A stretch of DNA of 64,000 nt from an uncultured Eubacteriales bacterium (lineage in GTDB: Bacteria > Bacillota > Clostridia > Christensenellales > DTU072), in assembly GCA_949292905.1 (NCBI GenBank), contig CASFAV010000008.1, forward strand, positions 41,332 through 105,331, given 5' to 3'. This document shows, one piece after another, positions 10,237-19,629 of this stretch. The translations under genes and the position numbers were made by a program. The notes below the pieces were generated by a model that saw only the letters and a program-made list of their open reading frames with translations, ran no database searches and was not told the DNA's origin. Position 1 is the first letter of the stretch. Each line of letters opens with the position of its first letter.

Positions 10237-10956
10237 CTATTTGAGGGAAGAGGAGATATATTCGTTGACCGAGCGCGCCACTACGTAAGCGAGCGTGCGG
10301 CGGTAGCCGTCGTCAGTCAAAAGTTTTTCGTCTTCCGGATTGGACAGGAAGCCGCATTCCACTATCGCGGAAGGGTAAGAAGTGCAGTTCAGGATGTAAT
10401 AATCGCCGCCCAAAGCGGAATATGTCCTGCCGGTATTGTCCGAATTGAGCTTATTGAGCGCGTTCTGCACCGTCGAAGCGAGCGCTTTCCCCTCCGTCGA
10501 GCCCGCGGAATAGAATACCTGCGCGCCCCTTCTCGAAGAGGAAGGGAAGTTGTTGCAATGTATGCTTATAACGCACAGAGGTCGTGTCGCCGCGATGACG
10601 TCGCGGCGCCTTTGCATCTCCTCGCGTTTATTGTACAGCGCCGCTTCTTCGCTCTCTTTCACCGTGCCGGCTTCGCCTTCGTCGTTGCGGGTGAGCACCG
10701 TTTCGTATCCCAGAGCGTTCAGCTCGCTTGCGACGAGTCGGGCAACCGTAAGATTGATTTCGGCTTCCGTAACTCCGGTATTTACGCCCGTGACGCCGCC
10801 GTCGGCGCCGCCGTGCCCGGCGTCTACGACCACGACTTTGCGTACCCCGGGCGAATACGCCGCGGCGATGGCGAAACCGAGCGCCGTAAGCACCGCCGCG
10901 ACGAGAAGGACTATCGCCGTTGTCCACAACACTTTTTTTCTGATGACGATCATCAT
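10237..10956 (-). CDS. N-acetylmuramoyl-L-alanine amidase (Amidase_3, CwlD-like germination amidase)
   Basis: N-terminal TM segment; [43 protein letters not shown]. Confidence 0.9.
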   Translation of the reverse strand: MMIVIRKKVLWTTAIVLLVAAVLTALGFAIAAAYSPGVRKVVVVDAGHGGADGGVTGVNTGVTEAEINLTVARLVASELNALGYETVLTRNDEGEAGTVKESEEAALYNKREEMQRRRDVIAATRPLCVISIHCNNFPSSSRRGAQVFYSAGSTEGKALASTVQNALNKLNSDNTGRTYSALGGDYYILNCTSYPSAIVECGFLSNPEDEKLLTDDGYRRTLAYVVARSVNEYISSSLK

Positions 10957-11040
10957 AGCGTTCTCCGTTGCGCCCGAAGGTTTCCTGTCCGATATCCGTC
11001 GGGCGCCTTTAAGTCATATTTCGACAATCTCCGCAAGAGG

Positions 11041-11081
11041 TTATCCACAAAGAGGGAGGCTTTTCCACAGAGTTGTCCACA
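11041..11081. promoter_or_regulatory. DnaA-box cluster upstream of rpmH
   Basis: TTATCCACA 11041-11049 (perfect), TTTTCCACA 11061-11069, TTGTCCACA 11073-11081, all in one orientation. Confidence 0.8.
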
Positions 11082-11083
11082 AT

Positions 11084-11112
11084 ATTTTATGCGACCCGTT
11101 TCCGTTTATGAC
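11084..11112 (-). promoter_or_regulatory. Possible sigma-E-type promoter for the CwlD-like amidase
   Basis: Minus strand reads GTCATAAA-N13-CATAAAAT, resembling the B. subtilis sigma-E consensus. Confidence 0.4.
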
Positions 11113-11168
11113 CGAAGTTAAAGGAATTCCGCTACCTTCCGCGCCTCGCGATTATAGCGGAGTTTTGC

Positions 11169-11197
11169 TTGACAGCGGTATGGTTTTACATTATAAT
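11169..11197 (+). promoter_or_regulatory. sigma-A promoter of the rpmH operon
   Basis: TTGACA-17 bp-TATAAT, perfect consensus. Confidence 0.85.
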
Positions 11198-11266
11198 ACT
11201 AAAGCGCGTTTTCTTTTACGCGCGCATAAAAAGAAACAAATCCATCAAATCGAGGAGTATATCATC

Positions 11267-11401
11267 ATGAAAAGAACTTATCAACCCAAGAAAAGACAAA
11301 AGAGCAAAGTCCACGGTTTCCGTCAGAGAATGTCCACCAAGGGCGGCAGAAAGGTGCTTTCCCGCCGCAGAAGAAAGGGCAGAGCCGCCATCTCCGCATA
11401 A
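11267..11401 (+). CDS. rpmH: 50S ribosomal protein L34
   Basis: [39 protein letters not shown]; GAGGAG RBS. Confidence 0.99.
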   Translation: MKRTYQPKKRQKSKVHGFRQRMSTKGGRKVLSRRRRKGRAAISA

Positions 11402-11739
11402 TGCAGAGAGCCTACCGACTTAAAAAGAACGCAAGTTTCAGCTACGTTTATCGCAAAGGTCAGTCTTACGCCCATCCCCTTCTCGTGCTCGAGTTCGTGC
11501 CCGCCAAGGGTATCAAAGTCGGGGTGAGCGTAAGTAAAAAGGTAGGCAAAAGTGTCGTAAGAAATCTTGCCAAAAGAAGGATCTACGAAAGTTTCGCCCG
11601 GCTGATACCGGAGATCGAAGGCGAATACACTTACGTCGTGGTGGCGCGGAGCGCCGTCGCGGAAGCGTCTTTCGCCGAGATCGGCGAAGCTCTCCGTTCT
11701 CTGCTCGTCAAAGCGGGACATATCGCAGCCGATGTTTAA
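11401..11739 (+). CDS. rnpA: Ribonuclease P protein component
   Basis: RLKKNASFSYVYRKG, VGVSVSKKVGKSVVRNLAKRR; follows rpmH. Confidence 0.97.
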   Translation: MQRAYRLKKNASFSYVYRKGQSYAHPLLVLEFVPAKGIKVGVSVSKKVGKSVVRNLAKRRIYESFARLIPEIEGEYTYVVVARSAVAEASFAEIGEALRSLLVKAGHIAADV

Positions 11740-11977
11740 GCGTTTAGCGAAAATATTGATACTCGGATACAAGAAAGTGCTTTCGCCCGTCATGGGCAGG
11801 GATTGCATTTATACTCCGACCTGCTCGATGTACACGCTCGACGCCGTCAATAAATACGGCTTCACGGTAGGGTGTTTCAAAGGGCTCGCGCGCATCCTGC
11901 GCTGTAATCCTTTCCGCAGGGGAGGTTTCGACCCCGTCAAAGAAAATTTGAGAGGTGCCGCAAAATGGACTTTATGA
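11732..11977 (+). CDS. yidD: Membrane protein insertion efficiency factor YidD
   Basis: CIYTPTCSMY...RILRCNPFRRGGFDPV. Confidence 0.95.
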   Translation: MFKRLAKILILGYKKVLSPVMGRDCIYTPTCSMYTLDAVNKYGFTVGCFKGLARILRCNPFRRGGFDPVKENLRGAAKWTL

Positions 11978-13035
11978 GTCTGGCAACAGAACTTAACCTT
12001 GTCGGTAAGCTCGTCTACAACGTCCTTTACAAATGGGTATTGTCCTGGGGCGTGGAAAGCGAGCTTATCGGACCTTTCGCGTTGACGGTCATCGTGTTCA
12101 CGGTGATACTTACGCTCATCACGATGCCTTTGGACGTGTGGCAAAAACTCATTTCGAGAAGCAACGCACGCAAAATGGAGGCGATGAAGCCCGAACTCGA
12201 AAAGGTCAACAAGCTTTACGAAGGCGATAAGGCGATGCTTATGCAGAAGCAGCGCGAACTGTATTCCAAATATAAGTATTCCGCCACGAAAGCCTGCCTG
12301 CCGATGATAGTGACGATGGTACTCTTCCTCGTCGTTTTCGGAGGCTTCAATTCGGCGGTCAAACACTATAACTCCGCGGTCTTCGACGATCTGCACAACG
12401 TCTACGAAACCACGTATTCCGCAAGCTATAACGCCGCCGTCGAGGGCGGCGCGGGCGCGGAGGAAGCGGTCACGGCTGCCACGACAGCCGCGGAGAACGC
12501 CGTCGTAGAAGCGTATAAGCCCGAAAAATTCCTGCTTACGCAGAACATATTCATGCCCGACACGTGGGCGGATCCCATTCCCGACGCTTCCACTTACGCG
12601 GGAACGGGCATGGGCAAGCTCGGTATAACCGACGTCGATTCGGCCGTTTACGAGAAGGTGATGAGGCCGCTCATCGAGAAATACAACGTCACCGAGAAAG
12701 GCAAAAGCGCTTGGAACGGGTATCTGATATTGCCCGTTCTGGTACTCGTATTGAGCTTTGTGTCATCCAAACTCATCAAGTCGCCCGATCAGCCGCAGAT
12801 GGCGGGACAGAGCGAAGAGCAGGTCAAAATGCAGCAGAACCAGATGAAGATGATGGCGTTCGTCATGCCCGTGATAATGGGCGTGTTCTCGCTTTTCTAC
12901 AGCACGGCTTTCTCGCTGTATATGTTCATCAGGAGCTTTCTGAACCTTGCGTTCAATCTGACCTGGAACATCGTTCAGAAGAAGCGCGACGCCGAGGAGC
13001 GCGACAGGATAATGAGCACTACCGTGAAAAAATGA
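11965..13035 (+). CDS. yidC: YidC/Oxa1 family membrane protein insertase
   Basis: ITMPL..Q, MEAMKPELEK, QRELYSKYK, CLP and several TM helices; canonical position. Confidence 0.92.
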   Translation: MDFMSLATELNLVGKLVYNVLYKWVLSWGVESELIGPFALTVIVFTVILTLITMPLDVWQKLISRSNARKMEAMKPELEKVNKLYEGDKAMLMQKQRELYSKYKYSATKACLPMIVTMVLFLVVFGGFNSAVKHYNSAVFDDLHNVYETTYSASYNAAVEGGAGAEEAVTAATTAAENAVVEAYKPEKFLLTQNIFMPDTWADPIPDASTYAGTGMGKLGITDVDSAVYEKVMRPLIEKYNVTEKGKSAWNGYLILPVLVLVLSFVSSKLIKSPDQPQMAGQSEEQVKMQQNQMKMMAFVMPVIMGVFSLFYSTAFSLYMFIRSFLNLAFNLTWNIVQKKRDAEERDRIMSTTVKK

Positions 13036-13071
13036 CGCGGTCAAGGGGGAACGGGATAAAAGGAGTCAGCG

Positions 13072-13920
13072 ATGAAGAAAGAAAACGTATTTGAAGGCTC
13101 GAGCGTGCAGGACGCGATAGAAAAGGGACTCGCGGCGCTCGGCATAACCGAAGAGGAAGCGGAGATCAAGGTCAAGAGCAAAGGGGGATTTTTCACGAAA
13201 CCGAGCGTGGAGATAACCGTGAAAGAAAAGACCGAAGCGGAAGCCGACGTCGCGGAAGAAGAGCTCGCGACCGTTGAGGAAGAAGCCGCCGAAGAAGGCG
13301 GAAAAGTCGCGCTTACCGAAGAAGAATGCGCGGCGGCGGAAGGGAGAGTACGCGCGTTCATAGACGGTCTGCTCGAAGAGATGAGGCTCGATTGCACCGC
13401 CGAAGTCACCCGCGAAGGCGAGGAGATAGACGTGCGCATCAGCGGTAAGGGCGCAGGTTCGATAATAGGCTACAGAGGGGACGTGCTCGACGCCGTGCAG
13501 TATATGGCGTTATGGATAGCGAACAATTCCGTTAAGGAATTCATAAGAGTTTCCCTCGACGCCGAGAATTACCGCAAGAAGAGGAACGAAACTCTTACAA
13601 ATCTCGCCATGAGGCTCGCGCGCAAAGCGGCGCGCACCGGAAGAAGGGTGTCGCTCGAAGCGATGAATCCTTTCGAAAGAAGGGTGATACACACGGCGCT
13701 GCAGAACGACAAATTCGTTCGCACCGAATCGGAAGGGGAGGGAAGCTACCGTCACGTAGTGATAATCCCCAAGACCGAGAACGCGCCCAGATCGCGCAGA
13801 CCGAGGGAAGCCTCTTACGGCGAAACGCCGCAGATGACGTACGGAACGAGCGCCAAATTCCGTAAAAAAGGCGCGGTCAAGACCAAAACCTACGGAGCTC
13901 CTTCCAAAAAACCTTATTAA
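13072..13920 (+). CDS. jag: RNA-binding protein Jag/EloR (KH + R3H)
   Basis: Jag_N domain (AIEKGLAALG), IIGYRGDVLDAVQY, MNPFERRVIHTAL, TESEGEGSYRHVVI. Confidence 0.96.
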   Translation: MKKENVFEGSSVQDAIEKGLAALGITEEEAEIKVKSKGGFFTKPSVEITVKEKTEAEADVAEEELATVEEEAAEEGGKVALTEEECAAAEGRVRAFIDGLLEEMRLDCTAEVTREGEEIDVRISGKGAGSIIGYRGDVLDAVQYMALWIANNSVKEFIRVSLDAENYRKKRNETLTNLAMRLARKAARTGRRVSLEAMNPFERRVIHTALQNDKFVRTESEGEGSYRHVVIIPKTENAPRSRRPREASYGETPQMTYGTSAKFRKKGAVKTKTYGAPSKKPY

Positions 13921-13940
13921 ACAGAAAATAATTTTCCGCA

Positions 13941-15266
13941 ATGAAGGACACCATAGTCGCGCCGGCGACCGCAAGCGGTACGGCGGCGGTAGGAATCATA
14001 AGACTGAGCGGAGAAGACGCGCTCGCCATCGCGGCGAAAGTATTTACCGCGAAGGGGTGGAGCGCCGCGAGCGCGGAGCCTTATAAAATGTATCTCGGCA
14101 AAGCGGATGCCGGTAAATTCGCGGACAGGGCGTTTTGTATGTATTGCAAAGCGCCTAAATCGTATACCGGAGAGGACGTCGTCGAATTCCATCTGCACGG
14201 CGGCAAGGTGATAACGGAAGGACTTATGCGAAGGCTCGTCGCGCTCGGCGCGCGCCCCGCGCTTCCCGGAGAATTCACCAAAAGGGCGTACCTCAACGGC
14301 AAGCTCGATCTTGCCGAAGCGGAAGGGATAGAGGATATGATCTTCGCGGGCTCGGAAGCGGAAGCGATGCAGGCTTACCGCATGATGGGCGGCGAAATAA
14401 GCAAGGGCATTGAGCGTGTAAAGGAGCTTCTGCTCGAAGCGGCGGCGAATATCGACGCGGTGCTCGATTATCCCGAGGAGCTCACCGAAGACAACGCGCC
14501 GCTCATACGCGCCGCTCTCACGCGCGCGAAAGAGGAACTCGACAAACTGTACGAGGGCAGCAAGAACAGGCGTATCCTCAAAGAGGGCGTAAGTCTCGTT
14601 CTCGCGGGACTTACGAACGTCGGCAAATCGAGCCTTATGAACGCCTTATTGAAGGACGACCGCGCCATCGTGACGGACATAGCGGGCACGACGCGGGACG
14701 TATTGAGGGAGAGCTTCGAGCTCGAAGGGGTGACGGTCAACGTGTCGGATACGGCGGGCATACGCGACGGGAACGACGAGGTGGAGAGGATCGGTATCTC
14801 ACGCGCGGAGCGCGCGATAGAAGGCGCCGATCTGGTGCTTTTCGTGACCGATCTGTCCGTTCCGGAGAGCGCCGAAGAACGGGCGCTGTACGAGAAGATA
14901 AAGCATAAAAAGCATATCCGCGTGGCGAATAAGGGCGACGCGGCGCGCTATCCGCGCGAATGCGACATCGTCACGGAAGCGAAAACGGGCGGCAATATCG
15001 ACGAACTGACCGAGCTCGTAAGCGAAAAACTGGAGCTGAAAAAGAGGCTGGAAACGCCGATACTGACGCGTGAAAGGCAGATATACGCCGTAAAAGCGGC
15101 GGCGGAGCACGTGGGAGCGGCGCTCGAAACGATGGACGCGACGGGGCTCGACTGTCTTGCCGTGGACGTGAAAGCGGCGTGGGCGGAGCTTTGCGCGCTG
15201 ACCGGAGAGGACGTGGCGGAGAGCGTGGTGGACGAAATTTTTTCGAGATTCTGCGTAGGTAAATAG
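13941..15266 (+). CDS. mnmE: tRNA modification GTPase MnmE
   Basis: DTIVAPAT, GEFTKRAYLNGKLDL, GLTNVGKSSL, GTTRD, DTAG, NKGD, C-terminal FCVGK. Confidence 0.99.
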   Translation: MKDTIVAPATASGTAAVGIIRLSGEDALAIAAKVFTAKGWSAASAEPYKMYLGKADAGKFADRAFCMYCKAPKSYTGEDVVEFHLHGGKVITEGLMRRLVALGARPALPGEFTKRAYLNGKLDLAEAEGIEDMIFAGSEAEAMQAYRMMGGEISKGIERVKELLLEAAANIDAVLDYPEELTEDNAPLIRAALTRAKEELDKLYEGSKNRRILKEGVSLVLAGLTNVGKSSLMNALLKDDRAIVTDIAGTTRDVLRESFELEGVTVNVSDTAGIRDGNDEVERIGISRAERAIEGADLVLFVTDLSVPESAEERALYEKIKHKKHIRVANKGDAARYPRECDIVTEAKTGGNIDELTELVSEKLELKKRLETPILTRERQIYAVKAAAEHVGAALETMDATGLDCLAVDVKAAWAELCALTGEDVAESVVDEIFSRFCVGK

Positions 15267-15268
15267 AA

Positions 15269-17167
15269 GTGAACGGAGAATACGACGCGATAGTTATAGG
15301 CGCGGGGCACGCGGGAGCGGAAGCGGCGCACGTACTTGCAAAAACGGGCAAAAAGACTTTGCTTTTGTCGCTGTCTTTGGAGGCGGTGGCTTTCATGGCG
15401 TGCAATCCGAACGTGGGCGGCACGGCGAAAGGGCATCTCGTCAAGGAAGTGGACGCCCTGGGCGGCATAATGGGCGAAATAGCGGACAAAGCGACGATAC
15501 AGCGCAGAATGCTCAACGCGGGCAACGGGCCGGCGGTACACAGTTTAAGGGCGCAGGTGGACAAAAATCTCTACCACAGGCTGATGAAAAGGGCGCTCGA
15601 ACGCACCGCGGGTCTCGACATAACGGAAGCGGAAGCGTCGGAGATACTCGTCGAAAACGGCGAGGTAGCGGGCGTCAGGACCGCGCTCGGCAAAGTTTAC
15701 CGCGCGCGAGCGGTGGTGCTTGCCACGGGCGTATACCTCGACGCAAGGATAATAACGGGCGAATACGTGCGCGCGACGGGACCCGCGGGCTTTATGAAAA
15801 GCTCTGCGCTTACGGGCAGTCTGCTCGCGTTGGGGCTCGACATAAGACGCTTCAAAACGGGCACGCCGATGCGTATACTGTCGTCCTCGATAGATTATTC
15901 CGTTATGGAGAAGCAACCGGGAGAAGAGGGCTTGCCGGCATTTTCGATGCTCACCGAAGGCAACGTGCGCAACGATATGAACTGCTGGCTCACGTACACG
16001 AACGCGCGCACGCATAAAATCATATTGGACAATCTCGACCGCGCGCCGATGTATAACGGCGAGATAAGCGGCGTGGGACCGCGATACTGCCCTTCGATAG
16101 AGACGAAAGTGGTGCGCTTCGCGGATAAGGAAAGACATCAGGTATTCATAGAGCCCGAGGGCGCGGACACCGAGGAAATGTACGCGCAGGGTTTGAGCAC
16201 CTCCCTTCCTTACGACGTGCAGGAGGAGATGGTACATTCGATACGCGGACTCGAAAACGCGAAGATCACCCGCTACGGCTACGCGATAGAATACGACTGC
16301 CTCAACCCCCTCGAACTGAACGCAGCTCTCGGCGTGAAAAAATACAAAGGACTGTATTCCGCAGGTCAGATCAACGGAAGCAGCGGGTACGAGGAGGCGG
16401 CGGCGCAGGGGCTCGTCGCGGGCATAAACGCTTCGCGCTACCTCGACGGGAATGTGCCTTTCGTAATGCGTAGGGACGAGTCTTATATAGGCGTTCTTAT
16501 CGACGACCTCGTGACGAAAGGGACAGAAGAACCTTACCGCATGATGACCTCGCGCGCCGAATACAGACTGCATTTAAGGCAGGACAACGCCGACTTGAGA
16601 CTTACCGCGAAAGGGAGAGAGCTCGGCACGGTAGACGACGAAAGGTATTCCAAATATTTAAGTAAGGTTGCCGAAATAGAAGATATACGCAAGGCGCTCA
16701 AACGCCGTTACAAGCCGGAAGAGGTAGCGGAAGCGTTCGGGGCGAAGGGCGAGAGCGTGCCGAAAGCGAGCATAAGCGGCGAAGAGATACTGAGGCGCGG
16801 AAGGCTTAACGAAAGCGACCTCGTAGCGATAGACCGCGAATTCGCGAAGTACTCCTACGACGCCTTTTTCAACGTGGCGACGGAGATAAAGTACGAAGGC
16901 TATCTCGTCAAGGAACAGCGCACGATACGCGAGGCGCAGCGAATGGAGGAGAAGAAGCTTTCGCCGGACATAGACTATTCGAAGATAGACGGGATAAGGC
17001 TGGAAGCGCGCCAGAAGCTCGACGCGGTGAAGCCTTTGACGGTGGCGCAGGCGGCGCGCATAAGCGGGGTGAATTCGGCGGACGTCACCGTGCTTCTCCT
17101 GTGGCTCCGTAAGCGCGAAGCGGCTAAAACCGCGGGCGCGAAAGACGGTTCCGACGGCGACGAATAA
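15269..17167 (+). CDS. mnmG: tRNA uridine 5-carboxymethylaminomethyl modification enzyme MnmG (GidA)
   Basis: GAGHAG, MACNPNVGG, RFKTGTP, GPRYCPSIE, AGQINGSSGYEEAAAQG; GTG start. Confidence 0.99.
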   Translation: MNGEYDAIVIGAGHAGAEAAHVLAKTGKKTLLLSLSLEAVAFMACNPNVGGTAKGHLVKEVDALGGIMGEIADKATIQRRMLNAGNGPAVHSLRAQVDKNLYHRLMKRALERTAGLDITEAEASEILVENGEVAGVRTALGKVYRARAVVLATGVYLDARIITGEYVRATGPAGFMKSSALTGSLLALGLDIRRFKTGTPMRILSSSIDYSVMEKQPGEEGLPAFSMLTEGNVRNDMNCWLTYTNARTHKIILDNLDRAPMYNGEISGVGPRYCPSIETKVVRFADKERHQVFIEPEGADTEEMYAQGLSTSLPYDVQEEMVHSIRGLENAKITRYGYAIEYDCLNPLELNAALGVKKYKGLYSAGQINGSSGYEEAAAQGLVAGINASRYLDGNVPFVMRRDESYIGVLIDDLVTKGTEEPYRMMTSRAEYRLHLRQDNADLRLTAKGRELGTVDDERYSKYLSKVAEIEDIRKALKRRYKPEEVAEAFGAKGESVPKASISGEEILRRGRLNESDLVAIDREFAKYSYDAFFNVATEIKYEGYLVKEQRTIREAQRMEEKKLSPDIDYSKIDGIRLEARQKLDAVKPLTVAQAARISGVNSADVTVLLLWLRKREAAKTAGAKDGSDGDE

Positions 17168-17182
17168 GAAAAACGGATCACG

Positions 17183-17204
17183 GCTCGGAAGAGCCGTTTT
17201 TTTT
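17183..17204 (+). terminator. Rho-independent terminator after mnmG
   Basis: GGCTC-GGAA-GAGCC hairpin followed by T8. Confidence 0.75.
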
Positions 17205-17274
17205 CGCTCGCATATTGAAAAGGGAAGGAAAACATAGTAAAATTTTAACGACAGATCTGCGCCGGAGGCGAATT

Positions 17275-18615
17275 ATGGAAGAATTGAAGGGCTTGAAAGT
17301 AATAGTTGCGGGCGCGGGCATAGGGGGACTCGCGGCGGCGGCGGAGCTCGGCAAAGCGGGCGCCGCGGTGACCGTTTACGAGAGGGCGGATTCCGTGGAC
17401 GACATGCGTTACCCGTGGCACGACGACGTTCAGCCGGAGGCGTTCGTACGGGCGGGGCTCGAGGTGCCCGAAGGCAGTTTCCGTAAGAAGAACTGGACGT
17501 TCGTCACTCCCGACGGTTCCGTGAGAAGAATGTACGAAGAGGAAGAAAAAGCCGATTTCTCGGTGTGGAGAAGGGCTCTCAACAAAGAACTCGTCGCGCG
17601 CGCCGAAAAATACGCCGAGATAAAGTTCTCGGTAGCGGTAGAGGGCGCGATCGCGGAAAACGGGTGCGTAAAAGGCGTGATCGCGAACGGCGAAAAGATA
17701 TGCGCCGACCTCGTTATAGACTCGCTCGGCGCTTTTTCCGTTTTGAAAAAGGACGTCCCCGGGGTGACCGTGCACGGAGAGGACGAGATATTCGTTACCT
17801 ATCGCGCCTTCCGCAGGAAGAACGCCGACGCGCCGGAAGCGGTGTACACGAACAAAGTGTATCTGAAACATAAAGGAGAACGCGGGATAGCGTGGGCGAT
17901 ACAGGACGGCGACGAAGTGGACGTGCTGGCGGGAAGACTGGGCGGCGCGAGCGAAGAGGAATTCGCTTCCGCGATCGCTCATCTCGAAAAAGAGAATCCG
18001 ACCATAGGCGCGGAAACGATTATCGGCGGCGGCATGTACCGCATACCGGTAAGGTATCCCGCGACGCGGATGGTCGCGGACGGATACGCCGCGATAGGCG
18101 ACGCGGCGTATATGACCGTACCCATGCTCGGCAGCGGCATAGCGACGTCGCTCGCGGCTGCCGGAATGCTCGCGAAATGCCTTAAGGACGCCGCGGGAAA
18201 GAGCGTCGGAGAAGCTGCTTCGATAAAAAATCTATGGAATTACGAGAGAGAGTTTTATCTTACCTACGGCGCGGAATTCTGCGGAGTGGACGTGACGAAA
18301 AGGGGAGTATTGGAATTTCCGGACGAATTGCTGGGGTGGTTGCTTTCGTCGGAAGTGCTCACGAACGACGACGTTTGCGCGCTCGCGAAAGGCAAATTTC
18401 TCAACGTGGGCGCACGTGACGCGTTGAAGAAGGTAAAAGCAGCGGGGCTTGGAAAACTTCCCGCGCTTCTCAAGATCAACGCAATGCTCACACGCGGCAA
18501 GCGCGCGATAAGGATAGCTCGTAAGATACCCTCCGTTTACGAACCGCATGCCGTGGACAAGTGGGAAAGAAAGCTCGTAAAAGCCGTGACCGGAAAAGAT
18601 ATGTTTCGTCAATAA
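17275..18615 (+). CDS. FAD-dependent oxidoreductase (geranylgeranyl-reductase/FixC-like)
   Basis: VIVAGAGIGGLAAA..VYER Rossmann motif and IGDAAYMTVPMLGSGI FAD motif; GGAGG RBS before ATG 17275. Confidence 0.85.
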   Translation: MEELKGLKVIVAGAGIGGLAAAAELGKAGAAVTVYERADSVDDMRYPWHDDVQPEAFVRAGLEVPEGSFRKKNWTFVTPDGSVRRMYEEEEKADFSVWRRALNKELVARAEKYAEIKFSVAVEGAIAENGCVKGVIANGEKICADLVIDSLGAFSVLKKDVPGVTVHGEDEIFVTYRAFRRKNADAPEAVYTNKVYLKHKGERGIAWAIQDGDEVDVLAGRLGGASEEEFASAIAHLEKENPTIGAETIIGGGMYRIPVRYPATRMVADGYAAIGDAAYMTVPMLGSGIATSLAAAGMLAKCLKDAAGKSVGEAASIKNLWNYEREFYLTYGAEFCGVDVTKRGVLEFPDELLGWLLSSEVLTNDDVCALAKGKFLNVGARDALKKVKAAGLGKLPALLKINAMLTRGKRAIRIARKIPSVYEPHAVDKWERKLVKAVTGKDMFRQ

Positions 18616-18654
18616 ACAAAAGCTCCCGCAGAAGAGGGAGCGTCGGATCGGCTG

Positions 18655-19509
18655 TTAATCTTCGGCGTAAACCGCGGCTTCCGATCTTTTCGGGCGGTGC
18701 CTGCGCACTCTGCGCTTGTGTCCCCAGTTCACCACCGTATAACTGCGGTGGCTCGTTATGTGCGGGAGCGGCAGACCGTTGGTGTGCCTTACTATTTTTT
18801 CTATACAGTCCACGGCGTCCTGCACTTTGTCGCGCGGCACCGGCGCCACGAAATGCGTGGCGTATATCGCGTCGTAATCCTTGCCCCGCAATATGCGTTG
18901 CAAGGTCGTTTTGAGTTCTTCCGTCTTCGCCGCGCGCCTTATGCTCAGATAGGTGCACGGATTGTACGTGTCCCCCACGAAAAGAAGCCTGTTCTCCACC
19001 GCGAGATAGCTGAGCGCTCCGCGCGTCAGCCCCTTCGACTCGTAGACGCGCACCGTCTTCCCGCCGAGATCTATGACGTCGCCTTCCGATACGGATACCG
19101 TTTCGGGTTCCGCGCCGCGTACCCAGCGGCAATTACGGAATCTGATGACTTTCAGCTTGAAGAAAAATTTAAGGCTGTGCAGATAATTTTTGCGGGCGCG
19201 CAACGTGCTCGATTTAAGATAGGGCTTTTCCTTTTCCGACAGGTAGATTTTGTCGAATTGCGCCCTGCCGCCCGAGTGCCACGGAAGCGCCGTCGTGAGC
19301 GCCGCTTCCACCGGACGGTTGCCCGCAAGAGGCGCGATGACGCTTCTTAAATCGTTCACCCCCGCTCCCGTATCGATAAGCAAAGCCTTCTCGCTTCCGA
19401 TTATCAGATAACAATTCGCCACGTTGTATTCGTTGATGCGGTACACGCCTTCCCCGATACATTCGATATCGTATCCCTCGCGCCGCGTCCTTCTGCTCCT
19501 GTCGAACAT
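18655..19509 (-). CDS. MBL-fold protein with degenerate metal-binding motif
   Basis: CYLIIGSEKALLIDTGAG, GDVIDLGG, LLFVGD and final ATH match the MBL fold; HxHxDH reads TALPWH. Confidence 0.85.
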   Translation of the reverse strand: MFDRSRRTRREGYDIECIGEGVYRINEYNVANCYLIIGSEKALLIDTGAGVNDLRSVIAPLAGNRPVEAALTTALPWHSGGRAQFDKIYLSEKEKPYLKSSTLRARKNYLHSLKFFFKLKVIRFRNCRWVRGAEPETVSVSEGDVIDLGGKTVRVYESKGLTRGALSYLAVENRLLFVGDTYNPCTYLSIRRAAKTEELKTTLQRILRGKDYDAIYATHFVAPVPRDKVQDAVDCIEKIVRHTNGLPLPHITSHRSYTVVNWGHKRRVRRHRPKRSEAAVYAED

Positions 19510-19629
19510 AGCCGCTCCTTCGGTTTTTCACCATTATAACACGAAAACGCGCGTTGGTATAATATTATTGAATTATCTTCGACGAAGTTGTATAATATTC
19601 CGGTAGAATTACCTTCACGGAGGTCAATC

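Noticed and set aside
10550-11401. 283-aa ORF ending in L34
   Set aside because: The upstream part is antisense to the amidase and crosses the promoter; the real start is ATG 11267 with an SD.
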